Shown piece by piece: positions 19,548-29,765 of a stretch of 64,000 bases of DNA (its first letter is position 1; each line of letters opens with the position of its first letter). Both the position numbers and the translations under genes were made by a program. Source of the DNA: a virus; the IMG/VR virus record IMGVR_UViG_3300045988_119718, positions 160,001-224,000 of that record; one strand, given 5' to 3'. A model generated the notes under the pieces. The model saw only the letters and a list, made by a program, of their open reading frames with translations, did no database searches and had not been told where the DNA came from.

Positions 19548-21191
19548 TTAGAATTCATCCTTAAACTGACCATACTGTTTAGCTGATACTTCGATTGCAT
19601 CTGAAGCATCAATTACTCCTTTTCCCAAAGGATTACTAGTGCCAGTAACATTCATAATCTTTTCTTCAGGTAATACTACTGATGTAACTGCTTCTTTATC
19701 TTTCTTAGGATTCTCAGAAGTAAATGATACAGATTTATCATTAGCAATTTCATTAATAGCATCAGCTAATGCATTATCGCTATGATCGGTATCTGTGGTT
19801 TCTTCTTTAACTTCTTCTTTTTCGTTCTCCTCGTCAAGATAACGTTCGTAAGCTTTTACGATACACTTAGTAAATCTTTCAATATTAATAATCGGTTTAG
19901 ATGGAATATACATATTGAAAGAACCCATATTTACTTCTGTAAATGCAGTTACATTTACTCCTGCATCTTCAGACAGTTTACTCTTAATGCTTTCTCTAAT
20001 CTCATCTGTAATCTCTGTTTCACTATCAAGAACTACAGAAGGGACAAGAATAAACTGATCATGATAAACGTCCAAATAATTGGCAATGTATTCGATTACC
20101 TTATTATTAAAATTGTCAATCTTATATTCAGCTTTAAGTTTTTCCAATGTTTTGCTATAAGCATTATTAAGACTGAATTTATTAATAAAATTATTTGGCT
20201 TCTTATCGTTTTTCTTTTTAATATTCTCAATGTACTTCTGCTTATCAGAATTTTTTGTGATATTTTCGGATACAGGATTATTGATGTAGTCTACACCATT
20301 ATCCGTAACAATATGAGTTACACTCTTATTACCTCTTGTGAATGTGAATTTGATTGGTTCCATTTTAAATACTTCCTTTCTTTTTAACTTCTGCATGAAA
20401 TCAATATCACTACCAACATCTTTTGCCCTATATACTTTTTTGCATACAGGGCAATATAGATGATTGAAGCCTTCATCATATATGATTCTACCTGGGCATC
20501 TAGCACCATTTTTAAATGTATTACAGTGCAATCTATCTCGGTTTAATCGATAAACATATGGGAAATCCAACAATACTGGACCAAATTCATCTCTTACACC
20601 CCAATTCATAAAATAATCTGTACCAATATCTTCCATTACTAACCCATGGTTTACCCAATAATCGGTTATCATAAAAGTCATTGGTGCATACTTTATAAAC
20701 GTTTCTCGATTCATAATAGGATGAACTTTCTCAATCATCTCTACTACTCCATCTGGAGAAATATCAAATATTTTAGGAACAAAAGGTTTAAGTTTTTGCT
20801 GGAGTTCAAATTCAGACCTATTATCATTAATACCAACTTTATCCATACCAATCTTCAGTAAAAAAGTATCATCGCTTAAATAACTATATACAACTCTATT
20901 AGTACCAGAGAATGATCTTACAAATCCTAATGGGTTTAAGATAGAATCGTATACATCATTTCTAACAAATTGATCGCTTACTGAAAATTTAGGATTAGTA
21001 GCAAATTGATATAAGACATAGAAATCTTCTCTTCTTAGATAATTCAGCAATGGTGCGTGATACATATTATCAAATGCGACGGTATATTTATCATCAATAG
21101 AAGGTTTATCGATTGATTCACCAATACTTTTGATACTAGTTCTTAGTGTTGAATACAGATTAGTATCTAAGGTATTTGTTTTCATAATCAA
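19548..21191 (-). CDS. Hypothetical protein with a possible atypical protein-kinase-like (RIO/Kdo-kinase-like) N-terminal half and a C4 zinc ribbon
   Basis: LLKIG (VAxK-like), HGLVMEDIGTDYFMN (HGDxxxxN-like catalytic loop) and LLDFPYV (DFG/DFPQ-like), followed by C-x8-C-x14-C-x2-C. Confidence 0.3.
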   Translation of the reverse strand: MIMKTNTLDTNLYSTLRTSIKSIGESIDKPSIDDKYTVAFDNMYHAPLLNYLRREDFYVLYQFATNPKFSVSDQFVRNDVYDSILNPLGFVRSFSGTNRVVYSYLSDDTFLLKIGMDKVGINDNRSEFELQQKLKPFVPKIFDISPDGVVEMIEKVHPIMNRETFIKYAPMTFMITDYWVNHGLVMEDIGTDYFMNWGVRDEFGPVLLDFPYVYRLNRDRLHCNTFKNGARCPGRIIYDEGFNHLYCPVCKKVYRAKDVGSDIDFMQKLKRKEVFKMEPIKFTFTRGNKSVTHIVTDNGVDYINNPVSENITKNSDKQKYIENIKKKNDKKPNNFINKFSLNNAYSKTLEKLKAEYKIDNFNNKVIEYIANYLDVYHDQFILVPSVVLDSETEITDEIRESIKSKLSEDAGVNVTAFTEVNMGSFNMYIPSKPIINIERFTKCIVKAYERYLDEENEKEEVKEETTDTDHSDNALADAINEIANDKSVSFTSENPKKDKEAVTSVVLPEEKIMNVTGTSNPLGKGVIDASDAIEVSAKQYGQFKDEF

Positions 21192-23943
21192 ACAACTCCC
21201 CTCTCTTCTTTCTCATAATCTTATTGATGTAATTCTGTGCTCTTACTTCTGGTGGATCAGATGGATTGATACTAATTGGTTCTGGATTATAGCTAGGATT
21301 ATCAGGATTATGATAAATATCATAAGCAAACTGATTTAATCCGCCATATTTTTCAAACTCTTTTTGTCTAGCATTTATTTCATGCATACAAGCCAATCCA
21401 CGTTCATTGGTATAAAAGCTATTGCGGTTTCTATATCTAACTCCTGCATTATAGTTATTAAAGAGGCAATTAGTTACATAATCAGCATCTGCAATAGTTT
21501 TTACATTCAGAATTCTACCATGAGTAAGTTTGATTAAGAAGTCGCTATGTTGTTTGATACGTTCTTTTACTACCTCTTCATAAGGAATAAGCTTTTTGTC
21601 AAGTTCTTCCCAATGATCATTTGCTAACTGCATCATTCTATCGACATATTTCTTTCTGTATTCTTTTTCAGATAATTTAGATGTTGGTTTAGTCCACCAT
21701 TTAAAGAATCTCCTTTCAAATGTTGCTGGATCTTTATCAGTCTTTCTCATAAACATTTTGAAGATATCGTAATTAGCTTTGTTCTGACCTTGAGCAATAT
21801 TAAGAGCTTTAATCATTTTCTTAAATGCTCCATATGCTACATCATCTTTTTCATCGATTACCCGAACATCTCTAAGATTCTGTAGATATTTAACTTTTTC
21901 TTCTACTGTATCATACTTATCGAGTTCAGATAAATCATATGAAACTTTCTTTCTAAGCTCTTCAATCTCTTCTAATGTTGTAGGCTTAGGCTGACCATAA
22001 ACTACTTTATCTCCAATAAAGAGTACGCAAGATTTATTATATGCAAATTCATCAGCATTTCTATAATGCATCAACTGATTCTGACAAAGATCAGTTAAAT
22101 TCTTACGTGCATTACGTGGTAAAATTGTAATAAACCACAAATAGTTATCTGCTACAAACTGATTATATCTAGACAATTCTGTAGCAAGATTAACTCCTTC
22201 ATCTTCTTCAGCTTGTTCTTGAGCAGATTTAAATACATCTGCAAACTGAGAGAAACTGCTAATATGTGGATCTTGGAAATCTTTTGGAGTGGATGACATA
22301 CCAATAGCAGCAAATTTATAGTCATCAGAAAACTGATGACTTGTATTAGCTTGCTTCTGATAATACTCATGTACTTCTTCTTTAGTAAGCTGATGTTTAT
22401 GAGTAGCATCATACATACTAATTTCTTTAGAACCATCTTCATTAGTTTTAGTTCTAATAAGATATACGATAGGTTCAGTATTTTTAGGTTCTTCTTTTTT
22501 CTTTGGCTTACGCTCTACCCCATTACTACAAATCAATTTACCATTTCTATACAGTTTAATGCCTACTTCTTCTCCATCATCAATTTCTTCTTGAGTTGGA
22601 GTTAAGTATAACCAGTTATCATTAAACCATTTAGTTGGTAATCCTTCTTTATCATGACTAAATACGTTCATGTAACCAGAACCTGGTCTATAATGCTGAT
22701 TAGCAAATAACTGCTGATTCTGCATGCAGTAGTTATAATAATTATTCCACTGCTGTGGGGTAGAATAGCTAGCAAGACCATTAGAGTTTGGTGTAAATGC
22801 TGGTGCTACTGGGGTTGTTTCAACAGGCTGGTTGTTGTCTTCTTTATCAAATTCATGGAATACATCTTCACCATTAGCCCATCTCTGGAATTCCTCATTA
22901 TTAGCACTCAATCCTCTTTCTTCACACTTAAATACATATTCAGTATACCCTAACATATCACGATCTTCTGGAGACCAATCTGGTCTTTTCTTAATCTTCT
23001 TAGGTGTATTTCTTGCTTCCTTGGCACTAAGAATAGCAGCTTTCTGCTGATTAAAGCCATCCATAATCTGCTGATAAGGATTACCAGTTTCATTATAAGT
23101 CATGGGTACTGGTGGCATATATGATGCATACTGTAAATACTGAGGATTAATACTTGGTGTAATAATACTATTATATCTACATTTATCATCATATGGATTT
23201 CTTGCTCTAATCTTGCAATCTTGATCTGGAGTAAGTTGGAATTTACGATTTTCTTTTTCTTTCTTCATCCTCATCTGATCTAAGAATTTATTATTCTCAG
23301 TTTCACTATTAAATGAATTATCTCTTTCATCATCTTCATCATGAGGAACACCATCTCTATCCAAAACGCCACCAGCTTTAGCTACTGTGTTTTTATCTTT
23401 CCAATACTGTTTAGCAATCTGATTTGGGTCGTTTACATATTGATTGGTGTGTCTCTGAAAATCAGCAATACGTTCATCATGTTTTCTTTCATTATTGAAC
23501 TGATATTCAGGAGTATACGGTCTTTGATTAAGATATGCTTGTCCTCTAGCTGCATTAACCTGATCCATATAGAGTTCATACGGCGTCTTAGGTCTTTGCT
23601 GAATATGAACATACATATCTTTTGTAGGGTCAAATGATCCTAGTGTATATTTCTTACCAAATTGAGGACTATAAATTGGTACAATGTTTGGGTCATTAGG
23701 ATGAACCTCTAAAGTACCATTAGTCGGAATTGCAGCAGGTATGTCTTGTTTAAATAACTTAGACATATCTGCTTCAGATTCATGAAATTCTTCTTCTTGT
23801 TTTTTACGAATTTTTGTAAGTGCATCTAAGAAATTAAAACTACTAGTTGTTTGTTCTTCTGTGTTAGATTGTTCGCTACAATGTAAATTACTCAATTCTC
23901 TGAAATCGTATGGATTTTTAAATACATAAGGCTCCATAGTCAT
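21160..23943 (-). CDS. Large hypothetical protein (927 aa) with a Q/N/Y/P-rich low-complexity N-terminal half
   Basis: Long ORF. Its start overlaps the RNase H stop (ATGA), and GGAGGTGA lies upstream. Confidence 0.5.
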   Translation of the reverse strand: MTMEPYVFKNPYDFRELSNLHCSEQSNTEEQTTSSFNFLDALTKIRKKQEEEFHESEADMSKLFKQDIPAAIPTNGTLEVHPNDPNIVPIYSPQFGKKYTLGSFDPTKDMYVHIQQRPKTPYELYMDQVNAARGQAYLNQRPYTPEYQFNNERKHDERIADFQRHTNQYVNDPNQIAKQYWKDKNTVAKAGGVLDRDGVPHDEDDERDNSFNSETENNKFLDQMRMKKEKENRKFQLTPDQDCKIRARNPYDDKCRYNSIITPSINPQYLQYASYMPPVPMTYNETGNPYQQIMDGFNQQKAAILSAKEARNTPKKIKKRPDWSPEDRDMLGYTEYVFKCEERGLSANNEEFQRWANGEDVFHEFDKEDNNQPVETTPVAPAFTPNSNGLASYSTPQQWNNYYNYCMQNQQLFANQHYRPGSGYMNVFSHDKEGLPTKWFNDNWLYLTPTQEEIDDGEEVGIKLYRNGKLICSNGVERKPKKKEEPKNTEPIVYLIRTKTNEDGSKEISMYDATHKHQLTKEEVHEYYQKQANTSHQFSDDYKFAAIGMSSTPKDFQDPHISSFSQFADVFKSAQEQAEEDEGVNLATELSRYNQFVADNYLWFITILPRNARKNLTDLCQNQLMHYRNADEFAYNKSCVLFIGDKVVYGQPKPTTLEEIEELRKKVSYDLSELDKYDTVEEKVKYLQNLRDVRVIDEKDDVAYGAFKKMIKALNIAQGQNKANYDIFKMFMRKTDKDPATFERRFFKWWTKPTSKLSEKEYRKKYVDRMMQLANDHWEELDKKLIPYEEVVKERIKQHSDFLIKLTHGRILNVKTIADADYVTNCLFNNYNAGVRYRNRNSFYTNERGLACMHEINARQKEFEKYGGLNQFAYDIYHNPDNPSYNPEPISINPSDPPEVRAQNYINKIMRKKRGELFDYENKYLRY

Positions 23944-24680
23944 TCACCTCCATTAATATATTCGCTAAATGTTTTCAAATCTTCTTTTGTAAGTTTTGTA
24001 TTATTAAGCTTCGGCTTAATATAATTACTATTATGATATATACTTGAAGACATGTTTTCCTTCATATTATATCTAGTAAAATTATCTACAAAAATATTAT
24101 AATAGCAAAGCTCAGCAGCTTCTGTATCTGTTATAAATATTCTGTTATTATTGAAAAACATTTCGATAATTTTGTTTAATTCTACTCTATCGCTCAAATT
24201 AGATTTTTTATTAAGCTTAATCTGAGCATGACCTTTAATGTGATATAGATTAACAGGTATCTTATACTTATTAACTATCTCTATAATTTTTCTAATAATA
24301 TCTTGATTGATTACTTCCTTATCATCATAAGTCTTTCTAATAATATTATCGAGAATATACCAGTTTTTAAAATTATTTCTTAGATTCTCAATACTACTAA
24401 GAGAATCGCTGAAAATATTTATAGGTGTATTGGAAGGCAATCTTCCACTAATAATTTCTCTGTATACGGCTTTAATACCCATTAGAATGGCGTATAATTC
24501 ACCGTATGAAGAATTAGTTTTATTGATAAATTTATTACCATACAATCTAATTATATTATTATAAACTATTACATATCCTGGACTGGATGTAATTTGATCG
24601 GTGCTAGTATAAGCATTTGTAGTACTAGCATCGGTATAGACATTAATAGAATTAAATAAATCCAACTGTTTCATTTTCAT
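23940..24680 (-). CDS. rnh: Ribonuclease H (RNase HI-like)
   Basis: VYTDAS (compare IFTDGS), GELYAILMGIKA (compare NRMELMAAIVAL), IFSDSLSSI (compare LSTDSQYV) and HIKGHAQ (compare VKGHAGH) appear in the canonical order. Confidence 0.65.
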   Translation of the reverse strand: MKMKQLDLFNSINVYTDASTTNAYTSTDQITSSPGYVIVYNNIIRLYGNKFINKTNSSYGELYAILMGIKAVYREIISGRLPSNTPINIFSDSLSSIENLRNNFKNWYILDNIIRKTYDDKEVINQDIIRKIIEIVNKYKIPVNLYHIKGHAQIKLNKKSNLSDRVELNKIIEMFFNNNRIFITDTEAAELCYYNIFVDNFTRYNMKENMSSSIYHNSNYIKPKLNNTKLTKEDLKTFSEYINGGE

Positions 24681-24964
24681 TCACCATCCTTTAATAATGG
24701 CTCTTTAAAATAATGATTAATAGACTCTTTACTACTTACAGCGATTACAATATCTTCTGTACTCATAGTTTTAAGTATTTCTTTAATAATCATTCGTTTT
24801 TTATAATAATACGACCTAGCTTCAGTTTCATCACTAAAGTAAGTATTAAGAATATAATCTTTTTTATTTTTTAGAATAACAGCTTTTTTAGCTACTTCTA
24901 ATTTAGGATTAAATTCTGCTAAATATTCTAAAATTACGTTTGCTGTAATATCTAATTTAGTCAT
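24677..24964 (-). CDS. Hypothetical protein
   Basis: 95-aa ORF coupled to the downstream gene by a 4-nt overlap. Confidence 0.4.
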   Translation of the reverse strand: MTKLDITANVILEYLAEFNPKLEVAKKAVILKNKKDYILNTYFSDETEARSYYYKKRMIIKEILKTMSTEDIVIAVSSKESINHYFKEPLLKDGE

Positions 24965-25162
24965 AACTTATTTTTCCTTTCTATTTAAAATTATAAGTGT
25001 AATTATCTCACAATTATAATATATTTTTTAATTAATTTTTACATTTATATCTCCTAGTTCATATGAACTAGGAGATATAAATGCTGCTTAGAAAGAGAGT
25101 TTAAGTGTACTGCAATTAGGGAAGTCATTGCATTACTTATATGTATACTCATATGTAGAAAA

Positions 25163-25489
25163 CTAAATACTTGTAAGCTCTTGTATTCTTCTGCATATAT
25201 ATTCGTTATTATAGACTTGGTTATTAATAATAAAACTTTTAGATTTTCCTATAAAAGGAGAATTACTATTAGCTTTTGCCAAACACATAAATTCTATTTC
25301 TTTTTTAGTATTAATTAAAACCTGAATAAATGCGTACTGATTTTCAGTTTCTATTTGTAAAGCATCATTAGAAAAAGAAAAAATATAAGGTGGATATTTA
25401 AAGTAACTAGATATATCTCTTGCTAAGTCTATAATTTCATTATCAAAGTCATTAGATAAGTTTTTTATATTATCTTCATTGGCAAACAT
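25163..25489 (-). CDS. Hypothetical protein
   Basis: 108-aa ORF. Confidence 0.4.
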   Translation of the reverse strand: MFANEDNIKNLSNDFDNEIIDLARDISSYFKYPPYIFSFSNDALQIETENQYAFIQVLINTKKEIEFMCLAKANSNSPFIGKSKSFIINNQVYNNEYICRRIQELTSI

Positions 25490-25522
25490 AGCAATCTCCT
25501 TTCTTATGATTTTTATAATCTC

Positions 25523-26245
25523 TTAGGCATCGGTTTTAGCTTTGATTTCATTTAAAGTCGTATTAATCTTTTCATACAATTTTTCTGTACTTGGTTGATA
25601 ATCGCTGTCATCAACCTGAACATGAACGAATCCATGATCCAATATCTTGGTATTGTCTTCATAGTCATATTCTTGGCTCATTTTTTCAGATTTTTCTATG
25701 TTACTGATGGTTTCTAATGGTATATAATCTTTATAGGCTTCTATAAAGGCTTTCCAATTACCAAATACTACATCATTAGGAATAAATAAATATTGATTGT
25801 GAACTAATTCATGTACTGTTTCTGATAATGGTATTAATCCTACTTTAAGGGTATAATGGTTATACATAACTTCTCTAGCTATTACATTTTCTTCAGTAGA
25901 TAAACCTTCTGCAATATTCTTATTTATAATAGTAGATACAATATCAAACAAAGTTAATGGATGATGATGGATATGTATTTTAACTCCTCTTTCTATCTCA
26001 TTAGAAATATTAGTCATTATACTACATTTGTTAAATCCAGCATAATCTCTTAGAAAAGAAATAAATGATTTATATTCATAGGAATTTCTACAAACTCTTT
26101 CGATTCTAATTACGTATTTCTTAAAATCTTTAGGATTAGATAAATCATAATCAGCGATATCAAAATTAGGAACATTTGATACTTCTATATCATGGTTAAG
26201 GTCTTCATCAATATTTGATTTAATTAATTCAGGATTACGAGCCAA
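25523..26245 (-). CDS. Hypothetical protein of the HHH-motif family (paralog of 14037..14750)
   Basis: See 14037..14750; alignable over about 120 aa. Confidence 0.55.
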   Translation of the reverse strand: MARNPELIKSNIDEDLNHDIEVSNVPNFDIADYDLSNPKDFKKYVIRIERVCRNSYEYKSFISFLRDYAGFNKCSIMTNISNEIERGVKIHIHHHPLTLFDIVSTIINKNIAEGLSTEENVIAREVMYNHYTLKVGLIPLSETVHELVHNQYLFIPNDVVFGNWKAFIEAYKDYIPLETISNIEKSEKMSQEYDYEDNTKILDHGFVHVQVDDSDYQPSTEKLYEKINTTLNEIKAKTDA

Positions 26246-26340
26246 TTAAATCAACTCCTTTCTGGTAATATAATAGTTATTATATAATTTAATAATTATT
26301 ACCTTAATGTGATTTATTAGAACCATATAAAGCAGACTAT

Positions 26341-26371
26341 ACCCCTCTGCCAGCACAAATGGCAGAGGGGT
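26341..26371. other. GC-rich hairpin with 12-bp perfect stem in a 330-bp non-coding gap
   Basis: ACCCCTCTGCCA-gcacaaa-TGGCAGAGGGGT. There is no flanking U-tract on either strand. Confidence 0.5.
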
Positions 26372-26473
26372 ATATCGCTTGTAAGGAGCCTGCGAGTTGA
26401 TTGATATAATAAATAAGTACACAAAATATAAATAACACTACTCTTGGACAGTAAGTATGGTATTTATATTTAT

Positions 26474-26503
26474 GATTGTTGTGGGCCTTGTAACACAACA
26501 ATC
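26474..26503. other. Second hairpin in the same non-coding gap
   Basis: GATTGTTGTG-ggccttgtaa-CACAACAATC. Confidence 0.45.
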
Positions 26504-26577
26504 ATACTGTAGCCTTGTATCCAGCATACTTTATTTATATATCAATATTATGTTCATCAGTTAATAATCAATATTAG

Positions 26578-27939
26578 TTAATTCTTAATCTGCTCTTTAT
26601 ATAATTCCACGAAAAGTTCATAAGAGTTCTTTAATACATCAATGTTATTGTAGAAATCTTTCTGGGATCTTTCAATAACATCTTCTAATTGCTTTGCTAA
26701 GCCTTGTACTTCCTGCTGTGCAAACTGACTATCTCTTACTTTAATAAAGTGAAGCATATTTTCCATTGTAAAAGTATACATAGCATTGGTAGTTACATTC
26801 ATAGGTAAGAATGCTCTAGCATCTTGGTTAATCATACCTTGCTGTTTAAGCTGAGGATAGAGTTTAATAATTTCTTCACCTAATTCTTCAGATGTCATAT
26901 TAAACTCTTTACCACCAAATTTGAATGCATACTTCTTATTGATATCAGGATATGCTTTAGGGTTAAATGGAAGAGGATCAACAAATAATGCTTTCTTAGA
27001 ATAATCTACATATCTCTGAGATTCTTGAGAAATAGCGCATAAGTGTCTATTTACCTGTTGAGAAATAGCTCTAGAGAAATTCTTCATTTTAAAGCTAACA
27101 GTAGTACATCTAAAGATAGCTTTCATAAAGAGTTTAGCCTGTTCTTTATTTAGTTTATACATTCCTTCAGGGTCAATAAGTTCAACATGATCTTCATAGT
27201 GATCAGCAATACGTACTAAGATATCATTATATATAGCAATGATATCAGGGTAATTATACATAAAAATATTTTTATTAGAATATAGACGACTTTCATCAGT
27301 AAATGAGTTATCAAGATAATATGGATATTTATACTTAAATTCATCCAAGTCTACATAATCCTTCATATCTTCAAAGAACTCTTTTTCAATACTGTGTTTA
27401 GCAATATCCAAAATAACTCTATACAGGTCAAAGTTAAAGTTAGTTTCATTCTCAGATACAATACTGTCTGGGAGAGTACTATTTTGAATAAAATATCTAA
27501 ATGCTCTGATAGACCCTGACATTAATACGAAATACTCTTTAGCATCTTTATTATGAATAAAGTCTAAAGGTACGATATTCATGAAGTGTAATGCTGATAA
27601 ACTGGTATAGATAGAAGATAAATCAAAATCAGAGAGAACTGTATTATTCGATTTAAAACACAGCAAAACCATAATATTGGAATGACCACAAATAGAATCA
27701 TGACCATATCCCATAACTCTTTTAATATGAGCTAAGCATTTATCATATGTATTTTCTGGTGCTAACCCATAGCATGTTCTAGCAGCCATACTACAAAGAA
27801 ATGCTGATTCAGTATTATCAATAATATCGTAGGTAATAACGATATTGCGATTAGATTCATTCTGTAATTGTTTATTCATCTTTGAAGAATCTTTATTAAA
27901 GAATTCTTTAAGTTTGTTACGATTAAAAATCATAGTCAC
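26578..27939 (-). CDS. thyX: Divergent ThyX-like (flavin-dependent thymidylate synthase family) protein, unusually long
   Basis: N-terminal AARTCYGL...GHDSICGHSNI (ThyX GHxSxxEH region) and C-terminal NRHLCAISQESQRY, which matches the ThyX RHRxxxxSQxSQRY signature except that the second Arg is missing. At 453 aa it is roughly twice the typical ThyX length. Confidence 0.55.
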   Translation of the reverse strand: MTMIFNRNKLKEFFNKDSSKMNKQLQNESNRNIVITYDIIDNTESAFLCSMAARTCYGLAPENTYDKCLAHIKRVMGYGHDSICGHSNIMVLLCFKSNNTVLSDFDLSSIYTSLSALHFMNIVPLDFIHNKDAKEYFVLMSGSIRAFRYFIQNSTLPDSIVSENETNFNFDLYRVILDIAKHSIEKEFFEDMKDYVDLDEFKYKYPYYLDNSFTDESRLYSNKNIFMYNYPDIIAIYNDILVRIADHYEDHVELIDPEGMYKLNKEQAKLFMKAIFRCTTVSFKMKNFSRAISQQVNRHLCAISQESQRYVDYSKKALFVDPLPFNPKAYPDINKKYAFKFGGKEFNMTSEELGEEIIKLYPQLKQQGMINQDARAFLPMNVTTNAMYTFTMENMLHFIKVRDSQFAQQEVQGLAKQLEDVIERSQKDFYNNIDVLKNSYELFVELYKEQIKN

Positions 27940-28423
27940 TTACCCTCCCAAATTGACTTTGATAAATATTATTGGTGCTATCTGGAGTATTAGTAGTTAC
28001 TTGTCTACTAATACCTCTATTATTATATTCTACTACAGGAATCAATAGTCTCTGTGCATATTGACACAGAGTAGTAGTTCCGTTAGAATGCTGGTTATCT
28101 CTAAAAACGAAAATCTTATCAGGTTTATAATTCAGTAATTGTAAAAACCATTGAGCTTCTTTAGATTGAGTCATAATATACTTTTTAGAACAATCGCATG
28201 GAATATCTAGTTTTATAAGATTTTCTTTAGGAATCTTTAATGATTCAGCATACTGTTCTACATGGTCTACTAATCTTGGTAAACCACCATATACAAATTT
28301 TGCTTTCTTATTATAATAAAGAATTGTATAAATATTTCCCATAGGTATCCCAATATCATAAACTAAATATGTTTGGTCAAATACAATTCCTATTACTACT
28401 TGTGAATTATCTTCTTCTTGCAT
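27923..28423 (-). CDS. Hypothetical protein in the nucleotide-metabolism module
   Basis: 166-aa ORF between the ThyX-like and Tmk-like genes, possibly a Rossmann-like fold (KIFVF...LLIPVVEY). No identification made. Confidence 0.4.
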   Translation of the reverse strand: MQEEDNSQVVIGIVFDQTYLVYDIGIPMGNIYTILYYNKKAKFVYGGLPRLVDHVEQYAESLKIPKENLIKLDIPCDCSKKYIMTQSKEAQWFLQLLNYKPDKIFVFRDNQHSNGTTTLCQYAQRLLIPVVEYNNRGISRQVTTNTPDSTNNIYQSQFGRVSDYDF

Positions 28424-28431
28424 AATATCAC

Positions 28432-29253
28432 CTATTTTCTCTTTGCTCTAGCAGAAAGAATAAGTTTAAATCTTCTCAGAGAAGGTTTAAGAGCAGTAAC
28501 AATTTCTTCTTTAATAGCTTCTCTATCTTTACCTTCTACATTGATATTAGTAATATTAGAATACTTACTGTTTACATACGGTGTAAAATCAGTATTATTA
28601 AAAGTATTTCTTACAAAGCCAAGATAGCAATCATCACTTTCATAACCATCTTTCTTGTTTCCTCTAATATTAAGTTTCTTATTAATATCATCAATATTAT
28701 TATTATGAAGATTAATCAGGATATCAGTTACAGGAAGCTTATAATAAACATGAGCCATATTAAATACAGTTTTCTGACATTTCTTAATAAACTCTTCTAG
28801 TTCTTTAAGATGTACTTTATCAATAGTACCCTGAATATCTTTAGTAAGATAATAGAGCATAGAATACCAATATCTATCAAAGATAATGATAGTAGGTTTA
28901 GAGAATACTTTATTCACTCTCATACTTTCATACCAATCATACATATCAAGCAAAAACAGATTAGATACAAACTTAAGATAATCCATAGATTCTGGATTAA
29001 TATCTACTTTTGGATGATCTACAAACTTATTAGCTAAATGACGTTTAACAAAATAAGATGCTTCAGATTTATATCTAGGAAAAGATACAATCTTAATCTG
29101 TAAATCAACTGAATCAATATATTTCTTAAAATCTTCTTTAAGATAACTAGCAATAGCTTTAGCATTAGTTTCCTTATAAGTAGCATCTAATCCTTCTAAT
29201 GTAATAAAAAGATTATACTTACTATAATCTGGAAGAATAGGTTGTCTTTTCAT
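28432..29253 (-). CDS. tmk: Thymidylate kinase-like (dNMP kinase family) protein with degenerate P-loop
   Basis: FITLEGLDATYKET occupies the position of the Tmk IxxEGxDGxGKxT P-loop but the glycines are replaced. DRYWYS matches the Tmk DRY motif. The start is set at MKRQP, which is preceded by AAAGGAGAG. Confidence 0.5.
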   Translation of the reverse strand: MKRQPILPDYSKYNLFITLEGLDATYKETNAKAIASYLKEDFKKYIDSVDLQIKIVSFPRYKSEASYFVKRHLANKFVDHPKVDINPESMDYLKFVSNLFLLDMYDWYESMRVNKVFSKPTIIIFDRYWYSMLYYLTKDIQGTIDKVHLKELEEFIKKCQKTVFNMAHVYYKLPVTDILINLHNNNIDDINKKLNIRGNKKDGYESDDCYLGFVRNTFNNTDFTPYVNSKYSNITNINVEGKDREAIKEEIVTALKPSLRRFKLILSARAKRK

Positions 29254-29491
29254 AATAAACTCTCCTTTGCATAAAAACACTTATGAAAAAAGCCTTTTAT
29301 TCTAAAGTGATTATAATTTTATATATCTATTTTCTATAAATAACGCATAGAAGATTTTCTATATGTCCGGAAAATTAACAAAGGTTTTTAAACTGGAATA
29401 GTTCAAAAGTGTAATAGACTTCTACAACTTTATAAACTATTCTTTACTGAAGAAGTGTAAAACTTTTATTTTTATTGAAAGGAGAAAACTT

Positions 29492-29596
29492 TATGAACTC
29501 TATTATTGAAAAAAGTATATATGCTATTTTACTATTTCTCTGGAGTATTATTATCTACGATATTATTTCTGGTAATATTATTGAAGAACTTTTATA
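29492..29596 (+). CDS. Possible 34-aa hydrophobic peptide
   Basis: GAAAGGAGAAAACTTT-ATG. MNSIIEKSIYAILLFLWSIIIYDIISGNIIEELL is one TM-like helix. Confidence 0.25.
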
Positions 29597-29699
29597 AACT
29601 TTCTTAACTTCTATAACTTTATTGGAGTTTTTAACTATTAGGTTGATTCTAGGAAAGGATTTGTGCGACTGAAAGGAGCAACAAAACTTTCCGCCATTA

Positions 29700-29765
29700 A
29701 AAATGGGTTCTAACCCCCGTGAGGGGGTGGTGATTGTAGATTCCTACCCCCTGGAGGTAGACTAG
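29700..29765 (+). other. GC-rich structured element (two adjacent hairpins) in an AT-rich background
   Basis: CCCCC-gtga-GGGGG and CTACC-ccctgga-GGTAG. No tRNA cloverleaf could be built. Confidence 0.3.

Noticed and set aside
19782-23637. Embedded ORFs 19782..20387+, 20646..20861+, 22152..22442-, 22336..22605+, 22832..23050+, 23341..23637+
   Set aside because: They sit antisense or out-of-frame inside longer ORFs, have AT-rich codon-biased translations (F/I/L/N-rich) and lack RBS.
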